DNA of 37,745 bases, taken from positions 62,001 through 99,745 of IMG/VR virus record IMGVR_UViG_3300042257_000362; one strand, given 5' to 3'. Each line of letters starts with the position of its first letter. Within the stretch, counting starts at the first letter, position 1. The notes beneath the pieces are model-generated. The model ran no database searches and was not told where the DNA came from. It was given only the letters and a program-made list of their open reading frames with translations. This DNA comes from an uncultured virus (IMG/VR IMGVR_UViG_3300042257_000362) (Duplodnaviria; Heunggongvirae; Uroviricota; Caudoviricetes). Shown piece after piece: positions 19,342 to 28,305 of this stretch. The translations under genes and the position numbers were made by a program.

Positions 19342-19528
19342 TGATGATGTAAACATAACAGCGAATATCATCTTTAACCTTGCTCATTTAGGTATTTCAA
19401 TTGAAGACACAAAGAGCTTTGATTTGGATACTTATTTTGAAATTGTAGAGCTTGAAATGAATGTAATCAATGGGAAGCAATCTATTAAAAGAGCTACGCA
19501 AAAAGATATTGATAAGTTCCTAATTTAG
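19286..19528 (+). CDS. Tail assembly chaperone extension (T-like), probably reached by frameshift
   Basis: Overlaps the end of G in the +1 frame; LGISIED..RATQKDIDKF ending resembles such extensions; no convincing start of its own. Confidence 0.65.
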   Translation: MKCSVRFKKEQQTNRPQNSDDVNITANIIFNLAHLGISIEDTKSFDLDTYFEIVELEMNVINGKQSIKRATQKDIDKFLI

Positions 19529-19612
19529 TATATTCTTATTTACTAATCTATGATATAATAAACTAAAAAATATGAAAGAAAACCAACTTAGCCTTAGAAT
19601 AATTGCAATCTA

Positions 19613-19640
19613 TTGACAATAGTGGATATTGTGGTATAAT
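19613..19640 (+). promoter_or_regulatory. Consensus sigma70/SigA promoter of the Abi cassette
   Basis: TTGACA, 16-bp spacer ending in TGG (extended -10), TATAAT. Confidence 0.85.
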
Positions 19641-19644
19641 ATAG

Positions 19645-19694
19645 TTGTGATCGAGCTTAGGTTACCCGTGTGGGCCTAGGCCTTTTCTTTTTTT
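19645..19694 (+). ncRNA. Putative small leader RNA (hairpin plus U-tract), candidate abiF-type antitoxin or attenuator
   Basis: GCTTAGG(19655-61)/CCTAGGC(19675-81) and CCC/GGG stems, then a T-tract ending just before the RBS. Confidence 0.55.
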
Positions 19695-19705
19695 AGGAGA
19701 TAAGT

Positions 19706-20686
19706 ATGAAAGAATTTAAGACTTATAGACAACAGTTAAGGATTTTGAGAAATCGTGGGTTGATAGTTCCTACAAATGGTAAGCCAATGCAGATTTTACG
19801 TGAAGAGAACTATTATGCATTGATTAATGGATACAAAGAACCGTTTCTAGGTAGTAATCCTAGTGCTGTTGATCAGTCTGAAACTTATATTCCCGGATCT
19901 GAATTTGATGAAATATATTCTCTATATGTCTTTGATAGAAATATAAGAGCGATTATTCTTCGGATGATTCTTAAAATAGAAAGTCAATTTAAATCTTACC
20001 TGTCATATGAATTTTCAAAAGTTCATGGGTCAGAAAATTATTTAAAGACTTCTTCATTTAACGATACTGCATATACTAATCCTAATAGAAGTCAATATAA
20101 AGAGTATGAGTCTAGAATTGAAAAAATCAATCAATCAATTGCAAAAATCAACAACGCTATTGCTTATTCATATCGAAAAAAGGACTATATAAAACATCAT
20201 ATTAATAAGTATGGTGCAGTACCGATGTGGGTTTTGGTTAACAGTTTAACAATGGGGAATATAAGTGTCTTCTTTTCCTTGATGAAACCACAAGAGCAGA
20301 TTGCGATTTCGCAAAACTATCAGTTAATGAAAGAAAATCTTAATAGATATATGAAAGTATTATCTGAAGTTAGAAATATATGCGCTCATGACGAGAGACT
20401 ATATAATATTAAGTTAAAAAAAGAGAGTGAAATTAGAGACACAAATTATCATAATTTGCTTTCAATTCCAATGGTCCAAAGCAAATACGTTAAAGGAAAG
20501 AAAGATTTTTTAGCAGTATTAATTTCAATAAAAGATGTAACAAAGAAAAGAGAATATGGTAAGTTGATTACTGAAATTGAGAGTGAAATAGATAAATTAT
20601 CACCTAAATTGATTTCAATTTCTATAAATGATATCAAAGATAAAATGGGATTACCAACGAACTGGACACAGTTAAGAACCTTATAA
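19706..20686 (+). CDS. Abi family (AbiD/AbiF, Abi_2) HEPN ribonuclease
   Basis: FKTYRQQLRILRNRGL, NYYALINGY, LYVFDRNIR..IE, VPMWVLVNSLTMG, HEPN RxxxxH motif RNICAH. Confidence 0.9.
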   Translation: MKEFKTYRQQLRILRNRGLIVPTNGKPMQILREENYYALINGYKEPFLGSNPSAVDQSETYIPGSEFDEIYSLYVFDRNIRAIILRMILKIESQFKSYLSYEFSKVHGSENYLKTSSFNDTAYTNPNRSQYKEYESRIEKINQSIAKINNAIAYSYRKKDYIKHHINKYGAVPMWVLVNSLTMGNISVFFSLMKPQEQIAISQNYQLMKENLNRYMKVLSEVRNICAHDERLYNIKLKKESEIRDTNYHNLLSIPMVQSKYVKGKKDFLAVLISIKDVTKKREYGKLITEIESEIDKLSPKLISISINDIKDKMGLPTNWTQLRTL

Positions 20687-20689
20687 TTA

Positions 20690-20720
20690 GACACATCAGA
20701 TTTTGGTGTGTTTTTCTTTT
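20690..20720 (+). terminator. Intrinsic terminator after the Abi gene
   Basis: GACACATCA/TGGTGTGTT stem followed by a T-rich tract. Confidence 0.65.
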
Positions 20721-20739
20721 GCACTGGAGGTGAATATTA

Positions 20740-22749
20740 ATGGCAGAGACTGTTAAAGGATTAAACATAAAACTAACCCTTGATGGGAAGGATTTAGAGA
20801 ACGAACTAAATGGAATCAAGAAAGATTTAAAAGAGCAAAATAAAGATTTACGTGCGATTAATACGAACCTTCGTTATGATAGTACTAACCTTGATTTATG
20901 GAAACAAAAACAATCAAAACTTAATGATATATTAGTACAAACGAAAAAGAAACTTGAAACTCAGAACCAGGAGCTTGAGCATGCTAAAAAGGCTGTTCAA
21001 GTTGGTGATATGAGCCAAGAAGAATTTAATAAACTCAAACGAAACGTCCAATATACTGAAGCAGAACTTGCTAAGATGAATGGACAATTAGATAAGACAC
21101 AAGATAAAATCAAGCAACTTGCTAATGCTAAATTTGATAAGATTGGTAAGATTGGATCAACACTTACAAAAAGTATAACGGTGCCTATATTGGGTGCCGT
21201 TTCTGCTTTAACGGCCTTTTCTATTAAATCAGCTTATGCAGCAGACGAAATTGGAGATACGGCTGAGAAGATAGGATTATCGGCTGAAGCATTACAAGAG
21301 TGGAATCATACAGCGACTATCTTAGGTGTATCAACCGAAAGAATGGAAAGAGCGTTTGTAAAAGTGAATGGTATCTTAGGTGATATCGCGACAGGCAACG
21401 GTGACAAGTATGCTGAAAGTTTAGCACTGATTGGATTATCTCTTGATGATTTAGAAGGTAAAAATACAGATGAAGCTTTCAATTTGATACGAGATGCATT
21501 AAGTGGTGTTGAAGATGAAGCGATTCGTTTAGGAGTTGCTAACGATTTATTAAGTGAACGTGTAGCAGCAGATATCATTCCCGTATTAACACAAGAAGCA
21601 TCAACTATAAATGATTTAAAAAATGAAGCTCGCGAGCTTGGTATAGTTACAAATGAACAAGCAGCTCAAGCTGGAGAATTTACAGATGCACTAGATCGCA
21701 CCAAACAAGCAGTGTCAAGTTTAGGTGTTGACTTAGCAAGCACATTGTTACCAGTTATCCAAGAACTTATTATCAAAGTCAGAGATAACGTTGTACCTAC
21801 ATTAAAAGACTGGATTGAAAAATGGAACACTATGGATTCAGGAACTAAGAAGATCATTGTAACCTTAACTGGATTAGTAGCCGCCATTGGACCAGTGTTA
21901 TCTGTTGTAGGAAAAGTGGGACCATTATTAAATATGGCATCTATCGGATTAAAAGCAGTAGGGACATCCGGAATATTTGCAGGAGTTGGGATTAATGCAG
22001 CAACTTTAGGTATTGGAGCTCTTATTGCTATATTGGCTATGGCTTTATTTCAAAGCGAAGAGTTTCGAGCGTTACTTGGTAGACTTATGGAAACTTTCAT
22101 GCAGCTCTTACCGCCTATCTTAGCCATTGTGGATAGTCTAATGACGGCATTGCAACCAATCCTAGATGTGATTATTAATTTGATCGTTATGTTACTAGAT
22201 ATACTTACACCAATCTTGGAGATTATCCTTGAACCATTGATTATGCAGATTGAGATGTTTGCTCAAATATTGACAATCTTAGCACCACTAATAACAACTA
22301 TAGGTGAAGTGTTAAATGCTATTTTAGTACCTGCTATTGAAGTACTGATGTTTGTATTGGAACCAGTATTGAATATTCTTCAAAAGATTGTTGAATTTAT
22401 TCAGAAGATATTCGAGTGGATTGGTGATTTGCCATCGAAAATTGGTGATTTTGGTGGCAAAGTGAAAGATGTCTTTGGAAATGTCACTGAAGGGATATCA
22501 AATATAGCTAATAAAGTAACAGATGGTATCAGTAATTTCGCATCAAATGCAGCTGATAAAGTTAGTGGATTCTTTGGTGGAGTAGGTGATTTCTTTTCAG
22601 ATACATTTAACTTGAAAGGATCCAGTACGGTAAACAACTCTAACTCCAACTCATCAACAAAAAACACTAATAATATCACTATCAATACAACTTCACCAAC
22701 CTTTGATATTGACTCTATTAATAAGGCATTAGGAGGTAGTGTGATATGA
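20740..22749 (+). CDS. Tape measure protein
   Basis: MAETVKGLNIKL coiled-coil N-terminus, hydrophobic middle, periodic Pro-Ile/Leu repeats; gene order. Confidence 0.9.
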   Translation: MAETVKGLNIKLTLDGKDLENELNGIKKDLKEQNKDLRAINTNLRYDSTNLDLWKQKQSKLNDILVQTKKKLETQNQELEHAKKAVQVGDMSQEEFNKLKRNVQYTEAELAKMNGQLDKTQDKIKQLANAKFDKIGKIGSTLTKSITVPILGAVSALTAFSIKSAYAADEIGDTAEKIGLSAEALQEWNHTATILGVSTERMERAFVKVNGILGDIATGNGDKYAESLALIGLSLDDLEGKNTDEAFNLIRDALSGVEDEAIRLGVANDLLSERVAADIIPVLTQEASTINDLKNEARELGIVTNEQAAQAGEFTDALDRTKQAVSSLGVDLASTLLPVIQELIIKVRDNVVPTLKDWIEKWNTMDSGTKKIIVTLTGLVAAIGPVLSVVGKVGPLLNMASIGLKAVGTSGIFAGVGINAATLGIGALIAILAMALFQSEEFRALLGRLMETFMQLLPPILAIVDSLMTALQPILDVIINLIVMLLDILTPILEIILEPLIMQIEMFAQILTILAPLITTIGEVLNAILVPAIEVLMFVLEPVLNILQKIVEFIQKIFEWIGDLPSKIGDFGGKVKDVFGNVTEGISNIANKVTDGISNFASNAADKVSGFFGGVGDFFSDTFNLKGSSTVNNSNSNSSTKNTNNITINTTSPTFDIDSINKALGGSVI

Positions 22750-23576
22750 TAAGACAATTTTATTTGGAAAATGAATACGGTGATATTTATTACTTTAATC
22801 ATAGAAACCAAACCCTCATCTCTCAAGTTAGTGGATTGGGGTTCTCACTTGATATGAAGTACTTAGAATATAGCCGATTTTATTCTCGTTCAGAATATAA
22901 CATTCCTCTATCAGAGATAACAGAAACAGTAATCTTTTTAAGAGGGTATGAAGGATATAAAACGTTCGTAGATTACATTAGCAAAAGTAATAAAGAATAC
23001 AAACTACATTATGAAAATGATGCATTCAAAGCATACTGTTATGTGGATATTGCAAGTTTAACAAAAGCCGAACTAATTGCAAATACTATTCAAAGCAACA
23101 TCGTCTTTAAAAAACTATCTCTTTGGTTGAAAGAAAAATCGTATGAGATTATTGCTAATGGTTCATCGAGTGGTAAGGTTTATCCTTATTCCTACCCATA
23201 TTACTATTCAAGTTCATATGAAGGAAAAACATTTGTAAGAAATGATGGACTAAATGATGCACCACTTGTAATCGAGATGATAGGTAGTGTAGTTGAACCG
23301 GAACTATTAATTAAGAAGGATGGAGAAGTGGTATCGACATTACGTTTATATTTAACTGCAGAAGATATAACCATTACCATTAACTCTATTCCTAGTAAGC
23401 AAGAAATGGTGATGGATGAATCAGGAGTGATTACTGATATTTATGGCTTACAAGATTTTGAAGTAGATAACTTCATTTTCCTTGAACATGGAGACTATGA
23501 AATTGAATTTAAACCTGGTGTAGCTACTGAATCAATATGCAGAGTAACTGTATTAGAAGGTTACTTGGGAATATAA
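22746..23576 (+). CDS. Distal tail (Dit-like) protein
   Basis: Follows the tape measure gene; YPYSYPYYY, NDG..APLVIE, FIFLEHG pattern. Confidence 0.75.
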   Translation: MIRQFYLENEYGDIYYFNHRNQTLISQVSGLGFSLDMKYLEYSRFYSRSEYNIPLSEITETVIFLRGYEGYKTFVDYISKSNKEYKLHYENDAFKAYCYVDIASLTKAELIANTIQSNIVFKKLSLWLKEKSYEIIANGSSSGKVYPYSYPYYYSSSYEGKTFVRNDGLNDAPLVIEMIGSVVEPELLIKKDGEVVSTLRLYLTAEDITITINSIPSKQEMVMDESGVITDIYGLQDFEVDNFIFLEHGDYEIEFKPGVATESICRVTVLEGYLGI

Positions 23577-23579
23577 CTT

Positions 23580-24698
23580 ATGAAACTATTATTTCTTGAT
23601 CGTAGTACATTGCAATATAAAGATAATGCATATGTTAGTAATCAATATGAACTGGTTCTAGATATGGTTTTAATAAAACGTTCAACATTTAAAGTAAACA
23701 AAACCAACATTAACTGCACAATTGGTGATATCGTCGTTTTGAAAAGTGACATCTATTCTTATATAGGTATCCTTGAAAGTATTGAATTAAATGATGATCA
23801 TACCACTAATATCAAGTCTCTCGATTTCAGGGAGATTTTTAATTTGGATATACCTGCTGAAAGTTTCTCTGGGGATTTAGCTGATTACATACAACAAGTG
23901 ATAACGACTTACTTCAAGAATAATTCAGATCAGAAACAAAATTTATCCTATTTGACAATTAGTAAAGAAACGAGTGTTACCGGAAGTCTTAGTTTTGAAA
24001 CAGATAATATCATCAACATGTCAAAACTATTTGAGTTAGTATCTAAAGGATATGGACTTAGTTTTGATACAGACGTCACTTATTTAAGAGGTCGGATTAC
24101 AGGAATCATCTTTAGAATTGTTAGTGTAAATCAAGGCATGGTAATTAAAAGCGATTTTTCGTCTATTTTAAATGTGGAAACGAATGATTCAACCAGTCAA
24201 CTTGTCAATAAAGTTGTTTATTATCCAAGAAGCGATAATCAAATTTATCAAACAATCAAAACGTTTTATTTACTTACAACTGGTGAAATCACAGAAGATG
24301 GAACGTCAGATGATAGATATACAAGCGTGATGTCTAAAAGTTATATCTATACAGATAACGATTACGAAACTTTAGAAACTAAAGCAAGAAGCGAAATGGT
24401 GACTTCTAAACTTGATCACAATATTACATTTACCATTGATATGAAGAACAAAGTATTTATTCCATTTAAAAACATCTATCTTGGAGACTATGTTTCATTC
24501 ATCCACAAAGGTAAGATATATGAATCAATAATCACTGGGATTACATTTAAAGATTCTATGAACTATGCAACGATAACGTTAGGAGAGTATCGAGTGAAAT
24601 TAACAGAAAAAATACAACTGCTTAGTAAAAACACAAGCAGTGGCTCAACAAGTAATATAACAATAACGAATACTGACATTGACGGAGGTGAGTTCTAG
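23580..24698 (+). CDS. Tal-like baseplate hub protein
   Basis: Follows Dit; IYLGDYVSF..ITGI..ITLG motif; ends in IDGGEF. Confidence 0.7.
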   Translation: MKLLFLDRSTLQYKDNAYVSNQYELVLDMVLIKRSTFKVNKTNINCTIGDIVVLKSDIYSYIGILESIELNDDHTTNIKSLDFREIFNLDIPAESFSGDLADYIQQVITTYFKNNSDQKQNLSYLTISKETSVTGSLSFETDNIINMSKLFELVSKGYGLSFDTDVTYLRGRITGIIFRIVSVNQGMVIKSDFSSILNVETNDSTSQLVNKVVYYPRSDNQIYQTIKTFYLLTTGEITEDGTSDDRYTSVMSKSYIYTDNDYETLETKARSEMVTSKLDHNITFTIDMKNKVFIPFKNIYLGDYVSFIHKGKIYESIITGITFKDSMNYATITLGEYRVKLTEKIQLLSKNTSSGSTSNITITNTDIDGGEF

Positions 24699-25471
24699 TG
24701 GGGTTACAAAAGATAACATTTGAAGGTGGAAATGTAACATCTAAGATTGATTCAGATTTATATCATTTCCTCTTTTCAAGTGATGTAGGAATCTTAAAAG
24801 GACTAAAGAATGAGGTAAGTTTTACCTTAGCAAATAACACGATTACATTCAGTGATGGATACGTTTCGGTATATGGGCGAATCATCTATATAGAAAATCA
24901 AACAACAATAGGTGTAACACCTGATTCCAGTAAATATGGATACGTTGTTTTAGGAGTGAATACATCGGACAACTCAATCAGTTTATATTTAAAAGAACAA
25001 ACAGGTAGTTACCCTTCATTGACAACTACTAATTTACTAACAACTGATGGACTTTATGAACTTGTCCTATGTGCATATTCAAAAACAACCACTTCAGTAA
25101 CATTGACAAGCTACTCACGAAAACTAATCAATAATGATAAAGCGAGAGTAGATGAACTCGATGATGAGATATTCAATCATTATCTTCCAATGAGAAAATC
25201 ACTGACTTTAGTTACTGCTGGAACGTATCGCTTCTCAGGAACTAACTCAGTAGAACTTCGAGAGTCTATCTTATATGTAACAATTAATAATCATACTGTG
25301 GTGACATTTCCTGGAGAGCAGATGTTTCTGTTTGTTGGATCAAATACATCCATATCATACCGTTATGCTTCAGGTGATTATTCATTAAGTGTTGTATATG
25401 AAAATGGAATCGTAACTTTAACGACAGGTAATACGACACACAATATCACCAGTGTGTTCATGAAAAAATAG
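24698..25471 (+). CDS. Minor tail/baseplate protein
   Basis: Beta-rich Thr/Ser composition; GYVSVYGR and YELVL pattern; gene order. Confidence 0.6.
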   Translation: MGLQKITFEGGNVTSKIDSDLYHFLFSSDVGILKGLKNEVSFTLANNTITFSDGYVSVYGRIIYIENQTTIGVTPDSSKYGYVVLGVNTSDNSISLYLKEQTGSYPSLTTTNLLTTDGLYELVLCAYSKTTTSVTLTSYSRKLINNDKARVDELDDEIFNHYLPMRKSLTLVTAGTYRFSGTNSVELRESILYVTINNHTVVTFPGEQMFLFVGSNTSISYRYASGDYSLSVVYENGIVTLTTGNTTHNITSVFMKK

Positions 25472-25482
25472 GAGGATTTTAA

Positions 25483-26334
25483 ATGGCTACAATTCAAATA
25501 AAAAGAAGAACAACAGCCGGAACGGGACCATTAACTGGAACAACAGGAACCGTAAAAGCTGGTGAACCACAAGTTGATTTTAGTGGTGAACATTTATATA
25601 TAGCAAAAGCAGACAAAGTGGCAAGTGTATCAGTACCACTGGCTGAATCAGATTACTTAAAAATACCAGGAGTTTCCAAAGTTGATGATCAGATAGATAC
25701 AAAAATTACTGCACTCAACTTAGGAACTGCATCAACAAAGAACACGGGAACTGGAAGTGGGAATGTACCTATTCTTGATTCAAGTGGGAAATTAGCAGAT
25801 AGTGTTGTACCGAAGATTGCAATGACGAACACTTATGTAGTTGCAAGTCAAACTGCAATGCTAGCTTTATCGAATGCACAGGAAGGTGACGTTGCCGTTA
25901 GAACTGACTTAAACAAGTCTTTTATCTTAAAGGCATCACCATACTCAACGCTCGCTAACTGGCAAGAATTATTAACACCAACTGATGCAGTTACAAGTGT
26001 CAATGGTTCAACTGGAGCAGTTACGATTTCACTTGCGGGACTTGGTGGGGTTGCATTAACAACATATAATACTCATGTTTCATCAAATCTTCACTTAACA
26101 TCAGAACAGAGAACAATTCTTGATAATGTGAAGATGTTTGAAATCACTGATACTACAGGTATAGATTTAGCAAGTTCTGAGACTGATTATGCAAATTCAG
26201 TTATTGTCGATGGATTGATATATTATCCGGTTGTTGATACGAATTATACCCCAACCAAAATCACATACAAACTTGGTATCGATACAAGTAAAGTATTGCA
26301 GCCATCATCTATCATTGATGGTGGTACATATTAA
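25483..26334 (+). CDS. Tail fibre protein with an Mtd/hyaluronidase-type N-terminal domain
   Basis: IQIKR..GEP..D..LY; VPILDSSGKL, AQEGDVAVRTD, VTSVNGSTGAV fibre motifs; ends in IDGGTY. Confidence 0.75.
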   Translation: MATIQIKRRTTAGTGPLTGTTGTVKAGEPQVDFSGEHLYIAKADKVASVSVPLAESDYLKIPGVSKVDDQIDTKITALNLGTASTKNTGTGSGNVPILDSSGKLADSVVPKIAMTNTYVVASQTAMLALSNAQEGDVAVRTDLNKSFILKASPYSTLANWQELLTPTDAVTSVNGSTGAVTISLAGLGGVALTTYNTHVSSNLHLTSEQRTILDNVKMFEITDTTGIDLASSETDYANSVIVDGLIYYPVVDTNYTPTKITYKLGIDTSKVLQPSSIIDGGTY

Positions 26335-27014
26335 TGGCTATCATTAGAGTCAAGCGTGGTACTACAACACCTACCACATCGAATCTTACTTACTTAGGTG
26401 AAATAGCATTCGATTATTCAAATGAGGCATTATATGCACGTGGAGTATCGAGTGTTGTCAAGATTGGTGCATTTGTTGAAAAGGTGTATTTTTATCAGGG
26501 ATACTCTTATTATCACAGTTTAACTTATCCGTTTGATCCAGATTACATTTACAAAGTTCATGTGATTGCTTCGACTCAAGGAACTTCAGTAGATACTTCG
26601 GATACCTATATTTACTACAGAACATCATCTCAATCAAGTCTGTATGGTTCCTACATTAATCATCATCTTAATACTGAAGATACAGTGCATGATAAACGTT
26701 CAGGTACAAACACAACTGCGAAATATATTGAGGACAGTTATGCGACAGGACCAACCATCACAAGTGGAATTACTAAAGTGATTGACTTTGAGATATCACC
26801 AACATTTAAAGCGAATTATGTGGATACACAAGTTTGGGTAGCATATGGAAAAAGTATGACAACATTATCTGGACAAGGAAATGGATCAATCAAGATGGTT
26901 GATTTTGTACATACTGCATATGGAGATTTAGGTGCATTATATATCAATCCAGGAATGTCTGTGGGTTCACCAGATAGTATTTCAGTAACAATTTACAGAA
27001 TGAAAAGAAAGTAG
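26334..27014 (+). CDS. Putative receptor-binding/fibre tip protein
   Basis: Paralogous N-terminus IRVKR..GEIAFD..LY; beta-rich C-terminus. Confidence 0.65.
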   Translation: MAIIRVKRGTTTPTTSNLTYLGEIAFDYSNEALYARGVSSVVKIGAFVEKVYFYQGYSYYHSLTYPFDPDYIYKVHVIASTQGTSVDTSDTYIYYRTSSQSSLYGSYINHHLNTEDTVHDKRSGTNTTAKYIEDSYATGPTITSGITKVIDFEISPTFKANYVDTQVWVAYGKSMTTLSGQGNGSIKMVDFVHTAYGDLGALYINPGMSVGSPDSISVTIYRMKRK

Positions 27015-27022
27015 GAGTATTT

Positions 27023-27361
27023 ATGGCAATTATAAAAGAATTAAACACGAAGTTTGGAGTCGGTGCATCTTATCATCGAATCACAGCATTTAACATCAGC
27101 TATTCACAAAAGAAGATAGTGATTTGTGTTGCATCATATTTATCAAAAGAAGCTCGTGCAAACAAGAGTGTTCCTATGGAAGAAATAGATATCGAGATCC
27201 CAACTGATGATTTTTCGTTGTTTCTAAACACAAATCCAATCGAACAGGCATACAATTGGTTAAAGGAAAATGCCATAGGCTTTGAGGATGCAGTAGATGA
27301 TTACGATGTGGTAGAACCACCTTTAGCTGAAGTGATAGAGGAGGTAGAACCAAATGAGTGA
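27023..27361 (+). CDS. Hypothetical protein, possibly a fibre assembly factor
   Basis: RBS AGGAG; acidic; follows the fibre genes. Confidence 0.55.
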   Translation: MAIIKELNTKFGVGASYHRITAFNISYSQKKIVICVASYLSKEARANKSVPMEEIDIEIPTDDFSLFLNTNPIEQAYNWLKENAIGFEDAVDDYDVVEPPLAEVIEEVEPNE

Positions 27362-27992
27362 TTTATATAAAATAATCGAAGGAGTGTTTCCAAATACGGA
27401 GATACTTCTTATTTATTATGGTGGGTCTATAGCATATGGATTAGATGATAATACAAGTGATAAAGATGTAACAGTTGTCCTAGATGGGTTTAGAGGTAAC
27501 TTACATATCACGATTGGAGAATATGATTTATTCGTTTTCGCAAAAGATAGGTTTATTCAAAGACAAACATTTGATGAATCGATTATTGCATATCATCGAG
27601 CAGCCGCAGACAATGTCATGAGTATTGATAGAACATTAATTTATATTAATCCATCATTCCAGGAAACCTTAGATCAATTATTAATTTACGATGATAAAGA
27701 GTTTATGCTGAATCATATCGCAGCTGAAATTGAATACGGACGTATGCGTTTTGATGTGAATACAAACTTCAAATCTCATTATCATGTATTTAGGATTAGA
27801 GGAATGGTGGATCATTTTGAAAAAACCGGAAAGTATGAACTTGTTGTTGAGGAACCTTGGTATACAAAGATGATGGATTTTAAGAACAACTGGGATAACG
27901 AAATCGCACAAAACTATGTAGAGGAGATTAAAGATCAACTGGACTACCTTGAAAATTACAGAAATGAGATGATTGAGAGTGGACTGGGATAA
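27354..27992 (+). CDS. DNA polymerase beta-superfamily nucleotidyltransferase
   Basis: GGSIAYGL..SDKD (GS..DxD) and a third Asp in YDL; C-terminal KSHYHVFR..TG. Confidence 0.75.
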   Translation: MSDLYKIIEGVFPNTEILLIYYGGSIAYGLDDNTSDKDVTVVLDGFRGNLHITIGEYDLFVFAKDRFIQRQTFDESIIAYHRAAADNVMSIDRTLIYINPSFQETLDQLLIYDDKEFMLNHIAAEIEYGRMRFDVNTNFKSHYHVFRIRGMVDHFEKTGKYELVVEEPWYTKMMDFKNNWDNEIAQNYVEEIKDQLDYLENYRNEMIESGLG

Positions 27993-28305
27993 TATCTTAC
28001 ATCTATTTAGAATGGAAAATTTAATATACTGGATTGTGACAATGGTAGTCGTTATCCTTACCACAATAAAACAATTCAACAGACAAGAGAAAAACAACAA
28101 AACAAAAAACGATCAAATCATGGTAAATCTTCAAAAAATCGAAAAGCAGAATGTGAAAATGATAGGCTTACTTGAACTGCATTCAAAAGATATAAAAACA
28201 CTGAAAAAAGATGTTAATGTGTTAGAACATCGCGTTTCAAGGCTAGAAGATTCACAAGTTAATATTTATAGACATATAGGAGGAAAAGAAAATGACAACA
28301 CTTGA
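27973..28305 (+). CDS. Holin-like/XhlA-like membrane protein
   Basis: One TM helix LIYWIVTMVVVILTTI followed by a coiled coil (LEHRVSRLE); exact start uncertain. Confidence 0.6.
   Translation: MRVDWDNILHLFRMENLIYWIVTMVVVILTTIKQFNRQEKNNKTKNDQIMVNLQKIEKQNVKMIGLLELHSKDIKTLKKDVNVLEHRVSRLEDSQVNIYRHIGGKENDNT

Noticed and set aside
19551..19616. Second TGATATAAT and a 14-codon ORF (MKENQLSLRIIAIY) upstream of the Abi promoter
   Set aside because: No RBS and no good -35; could be a remnant or chance in AT-rich DNA
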